Origin: an uncultured Planctomycetota bacterium
Lineage (GTDB): Bacteria > Planctomycetota > PUPC01 > DSUN01
Assembly (NCBI GenBank): GCA_964506385.1
Contig: CAZDNN010000001.1
Span: 1 to 52,344, forward strand
DNA: 52,344 bases
Direction: 5' to 3'
How positions within the stretch are numbered: the first letter of the stretch is position 1; each line of letters starts with the position of its first letter. The notes beneath the pieces were generated by a model that made no database searches, was not told the origin of the DNA, and saw only the letters and a list, made by a program, of their open reading frames with translations. The translations under genes were made by a program, and so were the position numbers. Below, piece after piece: positions 43,589 through 51,300 of the stretch.

Positions 43589-46467
43589 GCCGGCGGTCGT
43601 GGCGTGGTTGGTGCCGGGGCGCGCCGGCGGCGCGAATCTGTCTTCGGCTGGATCTTCGTGAGCGCCTGTGCTGCGGCTTCCCGGACCGTCCGGTCGAGGT
43701 CGCTGCGCGCGCGGCTGAGGGTGGGAACGGCTGATCGGGCGGCCGGGCCAATCCTGCCCAGCGTGTCCGCCGCCGCGATCCGGGCCTCGACGCTCTGTGT
43801 CACGTCGTCGAGTGTCCCTGCGAGCGCGGGCACAGCGGGCGGCCCGATCTCCGCAAGGGCTCTCGCCGCAGCCCGTTCCCAGGGTCCCCCATCGAGTTCC
43901 TCGACGAGAACGGGGATGACGATGGGCTCGTGGGACCTGTCGATGCGCCAGAGCGCGATAGCGGCGCTGAGGCGAGTCGCGTGCAGCTCGTCCTTGTGGA
44001 GCGCCTGCTTGAGGACGGGCACGGCGGCGAGCGCCGCGGCCCCCATCTTCCCGAGTGCTCGGGCTGCCCACGGGGAAACCCGGCGCCTGTGGCGTTCGTC
44101 CCTCAGTGCGCGGACGAGCGCGGGCACGGCCGGCGGCCCGATCTCCGCCAGTGTCGCTGACGCCATACGGCGATACGGGTCGCCGCCATCCAGTTGCTGG
44201 ATCAGGTAAGGCACGGCCACTTCGCCGTAGCTGGGGTCGATCCTGAGCAGCGCCTCGACCGCGTAGGTGCGCGGGCAACGGGCTTCCTTGCCTTTGAGGG
44301 CCTCGACGAGGTGTGGGACGGCGTCGCTCGCAGCCCTGCCTAGGGAACCGAGAGCCTTGGCCGCGGCCGTGCGGACGCCCTCTTCCCTGTCCCTGAGCGC
44401 GCGGATCAGCACGGGCACTGCGGTGTCGCCCTGTGGGTCGATCGCGGCCACGGCGCGGAGGATGCAGCCGCGCGTGTGAGGGTCGGTTTCGTTCGGAAGC
44501 AGCTCGGTGAGCGTCTGGAGTGAGGGCCTCGCCTCTGGCCCGATGGCCGCCAGGGCGTTCGCGGCATCGGCCCGTCCGCCGGGTTCGTTCTTGAGCATGG
44601 CGGCCAGCGAAGGAACCGCCGCTCTCGGCGCGGGCCCCAGCTTGCGCAGCGCGGCAGCGGCGCTGCTGCGGACCTGGCGGTCGGGGTCTTTGAGCGCGGC
44701 GACCAGGTCGGGGACAGCGTCGTTCGCGGCCGCCCCCATCTCTCCGAGCACGTAGGCGGCGAGCGAGCGGGTCTCGGCGTCGTTCGCCTTCAGCTTCTCG
44801 CGGATGGCCGGGACGGCAGGCGTGCCGAGGCGCTTCAACGCGCCGAGCGTGGCCGCGGCGTTGTGCTCGCCCAGGGGCCACACAGGCAGGAGGTCGAGGA
44901 GAAGCTGCACGGTCTCCCTGTCCGCCTGCCCGATCTTCCCGAGCGCGGCGGCGCCCCAGAAGCAGACTACGAAGCCCTTCTTCCGCAACTCGCGGCGAAT
45001 GGCAGGCACGGCCGCCTTGGCCGCCGGGCCGATCTCCCCAAGGTCCTGAACCGCGCCCGACCGCACCACCCAATCCTCGTTCCCGAGCGCCTCCACCAGT
45101 ACGGGCACGGCGGCATCGGCGTCCGCTGCGATCCGCCAGGCGGCCAACGCGGCGTCCCGACGGGCCGGATCATTCCTGTCCTTGAGCAGTTCGCGGAGAG
45201 CCGGGAGGGCCGCCTTGGCCTGAGGCCCGAACTCGCCCAGGAGCCGCGCCGCGCGACAGCGCACCTTCTTGTGTTCGTGCTTCAGTGCATCGGTGAGCGC
45301 CGGCACGGCGGCCAGGCCCATCCGCTTCAGGATCGGGAAGGCGGGCGACTTGCCGTAGGCATCGAGTTCGCCCAAGTCCTCAACCAACTCCGGGATGTCT
45401 GCCGCGGCGGGCGGTCGGATCTGCCGTAGCGCCGCGGTCGCATCAGCACGCGCATGGGGGTCCGGGTCCTTGAGCATCTCGAGCAACGCCGGAACGGCAG
45501 CACGGGCTGCCGGTCCTATCTTGCCCAGCGCCTCTGCCGCTATGCGGCGGTACGGCCCGTGCCGCACATGGTTGGCAAGGACGGGAACGGCGTCCTTGCC
45601 CTCGCGCCCGAAGAGGCCGAGCGCCCAGACCGCTTGGCCACCCAGTTCGGGGTCGCGGCACGTCTCGATCAGGACTGGGACCGCCTCGGAACCGAAGGCC
45701 ACGAAGCGCGAAAGGATGCCCCGCTTCAGGGTCATCTGGTAGTCGGGGTGAAGGCGTGCGGCTTCGAGCAAGGCGGGCATGGCGCGCTTGCCGTGCTCGC
45801 CGAGTCCCGCGATGCCCCGGGCCGCATACAGCACGGTCTTCTCGTTGCTGAGAGCCTCGACAAGAGTGGGCAGAGCAACGGGGCCGACCTGCGCGAGAGC
45901 GTCGGCCGCGTCGCCGCCGAACCAGTGCCTCGCACCGTCCCCCAGCATCCCGACCAGCGGGGCTATGGCATCTTGCTCTCCCTGGATCCCGATCTTCTGC
46001 AACGCCCACACCGTGGTGCCTCTGACCCGCTTGTGCTCGTCGCCCAGCCGCTCGATGAGCGCGGGCACCGCGGGCCTCCCTTTCGGCCCAAGCCGACCCA
46101 GACACCCGGCGGCATTCTGGCGTACCCGCCAGTCCTGATCGCTCAGGGCTTCGACCAGCGCCGGGACCACTCGGCTCGGCTCGTCGGCCACGACGGCCAC
46201 AAGCGCCGAGGCGGCCAGCGCACGAGCCCACGGATCCTTATCCTGGAGCACTGCGAACAGCGCGGGGACAGCGTCCCTGGCCGGCGGGCCGATGGTGCGG
46301 AGGGCTCGTGCCGCCGCCTGGCGGACCGCAGGATCCTCATTGCGCAACTCCCGCATCCAGAAGCCGGCTGCGGCGTCCTCCCCGGCGCGAGATGGACGCG
46401 ATGCGGCAACGAGCAGCACAAGCAGGACGACCGGGCGCGCGCTGGGGAAGGTCATCCTTACCATCAT
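43585..46467 (-). CDS. Secreted HEAT-repeat (PBS-lyase HEAT-like) protein, about 960 aa
   Basis: About 30 tandem repeats of roughly 31 aa of the form R..AA.ALG.IGP.A..AVP.L...L.D. Signal-like MMVRMTFPSARPVVLLVLLVAASRPSRAGE. ATG 46467, 46464 or 46455 is preferred over 46512, which lies upstream of the predicted promoter. Confidence 0.8.
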   Translation of the reverse strand: MMVRMTFPSARPVVLLVLLVAASRPSRAGEDAAAGFWMRELRNEDPAVRQAAARALRTIGPPARDAVPALFAVLQDKDPWARALAASALVAVVADEPSRVVPALVEALSDQDWRVRQNAAGCLGRLGPKGRPAVPALIERLGDEHKRVRGTTVWALQKIGIQGEQDAIAPLVGMLGDGARHWFGGDAADALAQVGPVALPTLVEALSNEKTVLYAARGIAGLGEHGKRAMPALLEAARLHPDYQMTLKRGILSRFVAFGSEAVPVLIETCRDPELGGQAVWALGLFGREGKDAVPVLANHVRHGPYRRIAAEALGKIGPAARAAVPALLEMLKDPDPHARADATAALRQIRPPAAADIPELVEDLGELDAYGKSPAFPILKRMGLAAVPALTDALKHEHKKVRCRAARLLGEFGPQAKAALPALRELLKDRNDPARRDAALAAWRIAADADAAVPVLVEALGNEDWVVRSGAVQDLGEIGPAAKAAVPAIRRELRKKGFVVCFWGAAALGKIGQADRETVQLLLDLLPVWPLGEHNAAATLGALKRLGTPAVPAIREKLKANDAETRSLAAYVLGEMGAAANDAVPDLVAALKDPDRQVRSSAAAALRKLGPAPRAAVPSLAAMLKNEPGGRADAANALAAIGPEARPSLQTLTELLPNETDPHTRGCILRAVAAIDPQGDTAVPVLIRALRDREEGVRTAAAKALGSLGRAASDAVPHLVEALKGKEARCPRTYAVEALLRIDPSYGEVAVPYLIQQLDGGDPYRRMASATLAEIGPPAVPALVRALRDERHRRRVSPWAARALGKMGAAALAAVPVLKQALHKDELHATRLSAAIALWRIDRSHEPIVIPVLVEELDGGPWERAAARALAEIGPPAVPALAGTLDDVTQSVEARIAAADTLGRIGPAARSAVPTLSRARSDLDRTVREAAAQALTKIQPKTDSRRRRAPAPTTPRPPA

Positions 46468-46516
46468 CCCTCGACCCTGACAGGCGTATCGGGAGGGCCA
46501 CGTTCCCGCCATTCAC

Positions 46517-46545
46517 ACACTATTCCGCGAGCCACGGATCGTCAA
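46517..46545 (-). promoter_or_regulatory. Sigma70-like promoter candidate for the HEAT-repeat gene
   Basis: The - strand reads TTGACG, 17-nt spacer, TAGTGT. Confidence 0.35.
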
Positions 46546-46717
46546 GCAAAGGCGCACCAATGCAGCGCCGGTGACTGCGAATGCGCCCAGATCCCTGCAT
46601 TCTCGGTATTCCCGCGACCCGGGCGCGATCCCGCCACGGGCACTTTCCGCAGGCGGAATGCCGCTCGCGCCGGTCCTGGCGCTCCTGCGAGGGGACGAGG
46701 ACGAGCGCGGGGGGCGG

Positions 46718-47008
46718 TCACACGTCCCGGACGTGCCGGCAGAGGAAGTCGATGTTGGCGTCGGTGGTGTCGAGCTCGTGGCCGCCGTCGAACTCGCTGT
46801 AGCGGAAGCGGTCCGCGATGCCTAGGGTGCCGTAGCGGGCGGCGACCTAGCGGGCCTGCTTGCCCGCGTGCTTCACGTCGAAGAGCGTGTCGTTCGTGCC
46901 CACCTCGATGAGCTTGGGCACCAAGTGCTGGATCAACACGTCGTCGGGCAGCTCGATGCCAGTTTCCCTCCCCTCGGGGTCCATCATGTGGATCGCGATT
47001 TGCCCCAT
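46718..47008 (-). pseudogene. Chimeric ORF: 5' 36 codons paralogous to the ubiquitin-like gene, fused to the 3' end of an alpha/beta-hydrolase gene and interrupted by an in-frame TAG (46847-46849)
   Basis: MGQIAIHMMDPEGRETGIELPDDVLIQHLVPKLIEV is 26/36 identical to the 43500 gene. The rest, GTNDTLFDVKHAGKQAR*VAARYGTLGIADRFRYSEFDGGHELDTTDANIDFLCRHVRDV, matches the hydrolase C-terminal pattern G..D...(about 20)...G.....Y..GGHe....FL..H. Confidence 0.55.
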
Positions 47009-47031
47009 GGGGCTCTCCTGGGAAGCGGCGC

Positions 47032-47280
47032 TCACAGTTCCAGGTCGTCGGCCTCACGTCGGGTGCGCGACACCCATTCCTGAGCATCCTCGCCACCCAG
47101 GAGGCCTGGGGCGATGCCCGCCATCGGCATCCAGTGGTTACGCTCCTCGCAGGCGGCGCCCTCAGACGGCTCCGGGCCAGGCAGGTCGTCCACGATCCGC
47201 TGCGCCAGGCGCCGGCGCTCGGCGGGAGGCAGGCTCTTGACGATCTGCTCGTAGGCCTCGTCCGCGGTCTTCACGCTCAT
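47032..47280 (-). CDS. 82-aa antitoxin-like small protein (addiction-module-component-like), no cognate toxin evident
   Basis: GGAGGA lies 8 nt before ATG 47280. EAYEQIVKSLPPAERRRLAQRIVDDL ... GGEDAQEWVSRTRREADD resembles small antitoxins that precede PIN or RelE toxins. Confidence 0.45.
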   Translation of the reverse strand: MSVKTADEAYEQIVKSLPPAERRRLAQRIVDDLPGPEPSEGAACEERNHWMPMAGIAPGLLGGEDAQEWVSRTRREADDLEL

Positions 47281-47300
47281 GGCTGCGGTCCTCCAACGCC

Positions 47301-47330
47301 ATTGTACGCCGCGCGCTCGTGGAATCAGAA
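47301..47330 (-). promoter_or_regulatory. Weak sigma70-like promoter candidate
   Basis: The - strand reads TTCTGA, 18-nt spacer, TACAAT, followed by GGAGGA and ATG 47280. Confidence 0.25.
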
Positions 47331-47370
47331 GGTGGGGGCCATGGCCAACGGTTGCGCCAGCCCTCGCCGC

Positions 47371-48345
47371 TCACTCCTTGACTCGCGCGAGGTGCACCGT
47401 GACGATGCGGCGCGTCGGCTTGTCGGGGTCCATGACCTCGAGCTGGACGGTGTCGCCGGGCCGCTTCGCGCGGATGGCGGCCAGCACGTCGTCCACGAAG
47501 GCGACGGGCCGGCCGTCGATGGCGGTGATGAGCGACTCCTTGTTCAAGCCCGCCCTGGCCACCGGGCCGCCCTTCTGCGGCACGACGGTCACCACGCCCT
47601 GGGTGCCCTTGGGGAAGCGGGCGATGAAGCCGTGGGGCTGGGTCCACAGCTCGTCGAGCCGGGTGCCCAGGGTCGTCGTCTCTGCCGAGGCCCTGGTGGC
47701 GAGGAGCGCGCGGAGCGCGTCGGGCGGAGCGACAATGGCGATCCCTGCGGGGGCCTTCGCGCTATTGAGGTAGCCGCTCTGCACCCCCACGACGCGGCCG
47801 CGCCCGTCCACCCAACACCCGCCGGACGTGCCCTGCGGCGAGGTGCCGGTGACGAAGAATGCGCGGGTGTAGCATCCCGTCCCCGGGCTGTAGTCATAGG
47901 TCGGCCGCGCCACGGCGACTGCCCCCGCGAGGAGCAGGCGATGGCGGAATACGGGGTCGCCGAACAGGAAGACGGGGCTGCCGGCAGGCGGCATCCGCGC
48001 GGCGACGGGCAGGGCGGGGTAGGGCGCATCGCGCTTCGGCACCCGCAGGAGCGCGATGTCGTGGCCGAGGTCGATGGCGACCCGCTCGGCCTTCAGCCGC
48101 CCAACGGTGGGCGACACGATCTCGAAGCCGTCGGCCTTGCCCCTGACCACGTGGGCGGCCGTGGCGACGAGGCCCTCGGCGTCCACGAAGAAGCCCGAGC
48201 CCTGGTGCCGCCCGTTGAGCAGCACGAACACCGAGGCCCTGTGGACGGCGGCATAGAGCGCCTCAGGCGCTGCCGCGCGCCGGGGCACGCAGCCGCACGA
48301 GGCGGTGAGGATCAGCACGAGCAGCACTTCGGTGGCCTTCGTCAC
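47371..48345 (-). CDS. Trypsin-like (S1C, HtrA/DegP-like) serine protease with C-terminal PDZ domain; signal anchor or possible lipoprotein
   Basis: GTG 48345 overlaps the upstream stop (GTGA). N-terminus TKATEVLLVLILTASCGC. Triad contexts TAAHVV, HDIALLRV, GTSGGC. PDZ-like VVTVVPQKGGPVARAGLNKESLITAIDGRPV. Confidence 0.8.
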   Translation of the reverse strand: MTKATEVLLVLILTASCGCVPRRAAAPEALYAAVHRASVFVLLNGRHQGSGFFVDAEGLVATAAHVVRGKADGFEIVSPTVGRLKAERVAIDLGHDIALLRVPKRDAPYPALPVAARMPPAGSPVFLFGDPVFRHRLLLAGAVAVARPTYDYSPGTGCYTRAFFVTGTSPQGTSGGCWVDGRGRVVGVQSGYLNSAKAPAGIAIVAPPDALRALLATRASAETTTLGTRLDELWTQPHGFIARFPKGTQGVVTVVPQKGGPVARAGLNKESLITAIDGRPVAFVDDVLAAIRAKRPGDTVQLEVMDPDKPTRRIVTVHLARVKE

Positions 48346-51300
48346 TGACTGTGCGCTCCCGTTCGAGCTTGTTGGGGAAGAGCGACCACGCGAAAGCCGA
48401 CGTCGAAGACGCGCTGCCAGGGAGGATAGGCGAGGCGCCACGCTGATCGGGCGCGCATCGGGCGGTCGTAGAACGAGCCGCCGCGGACGACGCGGCGCGT
48501 GGTGCGCGATGCGTGATGCGTAATTGGAGAGCCCGGAACCTGGAACTCGGGACCTGTAACCTGCAACCCAACGCCCTTGGCCCCCGTGGGCCCGCCGTCA
48601 CGGTAGGGGTAAGGGCGGTACTCCGAGAGCGTCCACTCCGAGACGTTCCCGTGCATGTCGTGGAGGCCCCAGTGATTGGGCTTGTAGCTGCCGACTGGGG
48701 CGGTGACGCGGTGCCCGTCGTTCACAGTCTCGATGGCGGGTCGCCACGGCGGGACGGCGCCCGAGGGCAGGCCCCAGCCGAAGGTGTCCACGAACCGCAG
48801 CGAGTGGTCCGCGAGGTTCGCCACCTTCGCGAAGTCGGCGTCGAGGCCGCCATACCACAGCGGCGTGGCGGTGCCGGCGCGGCAGGCCCACTCCCACTGC
48901 GCCTCGGCCGGCAGGGTGAAGGTCTCGCCCGTCTGCTCCGACAGCCAGCGGCAGAAGGCCACAGCCTGGTGCCACGAGACGCGGACGACGGGCTGGGTCG
49001 GCGCGTCCATCGGATAGCCGCGCTCGCGGATGCTGAACTGGAGGAAGTCGCCGCTTTCGATGCGGCTGTCGTGGGTCGGGTCGAAGCGGGCGAACTGCTC
49101 GTTGGTGACCTCGCACTTCCCCATCCAAAAGGGCGCTACCTTCACGTGCGTCACCGGCCGCTCGTCGGCGGCCCCCTCGGTCGAGCCCATCAGGAACTCC
49201 CCGCCCGGTACCCGCATGAGCTCCAGCGCGACGCCCGCGCCTAGATCGACCGTTCTGGTTGTTGGTCCGAGCGCCTCCTGTCGCCTTCTCGCCTCCGCTG
49301 CATCGAACGGCCACCCTGGGCACTCGGGCTCGCGGCCCGCAGCTCGTGGCTCGCGGCCCACTTCTCCTGGCTTGGCGCTTGCGGCTTGTGGCTTGTAGCT
49401 GACCTCGTGGATCGCCTCGGGGTCCTCGTCGAGGTTGGCGTAGAGCTGGTTCATGGCGCGCCGCCGATCGCGCTGGTGGGCGACCTTCTTCATCCCGACG
49501 ATCTCGTGCCAGGTGCCGTGTGCGGGGGCGCCCAGGTCAATCCAGGTTAGCAGGCGGTCCCAGCCCTCGCGGTCAAGTGCGACCCCGTAGTGCCCCTTCT
49601 CGAGCCTCTGGACGAGCCTCGTCGTGCCGGCGTGGAACTCGAGCGGGGTCAGCAGATGGATGTCGCTCTCGATGGAGGGCGCGCGGACGTAGCTGCGCAG
49701 GGCAATGTAGGACGGCGGGAACTTCGAGCCGTTCCTGTAGCCGCCGGCCTTGCACGCCGCGGGGACCGGCGGGCGGTCGGTGAAGTCGGGGAGGGTCTTC
49801 CCGTCGTCGCGGGGCCTGGCGTTGTGGCAGCGGATGCAGTGGGCGTCGAGGACTGGCTGGACCTCGCGGACGAAGCTGAAGCCGCGTGCCGGCCCGTAGA
49901 AGGGCGCGATGTCTGCGGGCGCCTTCCGCAGGGCCATCGTGTCTGTGTTCGGCACAGCGGTGTTCTGGTGCTCGTGGCATCCGACGCAGGAGAGCACCTC
50001 GCCGGGCATCGCGGTCATCCAGCTTCGCATGAGCTGGAGGGCCTTGCCGTCGGCGTCGAGGGGCTGGAGCGAGAGGGGCGTGTTGGCGGGCACGCGGAAG
50101 TAGGCCGAGCCGTCGGGCTCGACGGGCACGGTGCCGACGATGCGCTTGACATCCCACGGGCCGTCGAGCCCCACGCGGTTCACCTGCCCGCCCATGCCGT
50201 GATAGGCGAACTGGTAGGTGAAGAGCCGCAGCCGCTTCACCGTGCCGCGCGGCACGCCGTCGAGGCCGCGACCGACGTAGACGTCGGCCATGTAGACCGT
50301 GGCGTCCTTGCGGCCGGGCTTCGCCTTGTCGGTGACGATGGGCGGCCGAGGGAGTTCCCTGAGCGGGATGGGCTCGAGGAGGGCGAACCACGGCTCCTCC
50401 TTGAGCAGCAGCAGATTGTCGAAGACGTCGGCCAGGTAGAGGCCCCATCGCGACTGGGGCGTCGGCTTGCACGACGCGAGGATGTACTTGTCGCTGAGCG
50501 GCCAGGGGTGGAGGAACTTCGGCCAGCTCCTGCGTACCAGGCCGTCGCGGATAGTCGGTTCGACCTTCTGCCCGCGGCCCGGGATGCGCTGGACCACGCC
50601 GTCGGCCTCGTGGCGGCCCAGGGTGGGGTCGAAGAGAATGAGCTCGCCCATCCGCGGCACGTCGTGATGGCCGCTCACCACGCCCACGAACCGCGTGGGG
50701 TGCCCTGGGCAGGGGCGGGCGAAGAAGGTGGAGTTGGGCCAGTAGGAGTTGCTGCCGTAATACTCCATCTGCTCGGTGCCGTCGGGGTTCATGTGGAACA
50801 GGATGCGGGAGACGTAGTGGGGGATGTCGCTGTATTCCCAGCGCAGGTAGAGCACGCGGCCGTTGTTGAGCACGGTGGGGCACCAGTCGTGGTCCTGCTC
50901 GAAGGTCAGGCGGCGGATCGACGGCGTCGCGGGGTCGTAGAGATAGATGTTCGAGACGTGGGAGGAGCCGGTGACGCAGGGCACGCCGACGAAGGGGGCG
51001 GTGGAGGTGAACAGGATGCGGCCGCCCGGCAGGTAGCAGGCGTCGTAGTTGTCCACGTCGGGCTCGTTGATGAGGGGCAGCTCGCGGGGCTCGGAGCCAT
51101 CGAGCTTGAGCTCGAAGATGCGCCAGCGCTTGTGGCTGCCGACGGCCGAGAAGAGCAGGCGGTCGGCGTCCCAGTGGAGGTCCACGTCGCCGACGAACGA
51201 GCCGTTCGCGGGCCTGTAGACGGTGGTGAGCTTCCCTTCGCCCTTGAGGTCGTCCAGGATGGCGATCTCGTTGTCGAACCCGCTTCGGGGCAGGGACGAG

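Noticed and set aside
43501-46512. Longer start codons 43542 (ubiquitin-like gene) and 46512 (HEAT gene)
   Set aside because: The GTG at 43542 directly abuts its only SD-like sequence, whereas ATG 43500 has AGGAGG at 6 nt. ATG 46512 lies upstream of the predicted transcription start and precedes the signal-peptide-like segment by 15 residues.
46718-47008. TAG read-through giving a full ubiquitin-like protein with an exposed ..SEFDGG motif
   Set aside because: The idea is tempting (TLGIADRFRY resembles the beta-grasp C-terminus). But the segment from GTND to FLCRHV fits the Asp...GGH...FL architecture of alpha/beta-hydrolase C-termini better. The nucleotide similarity to the intact copy also stops at ..KLIEV.
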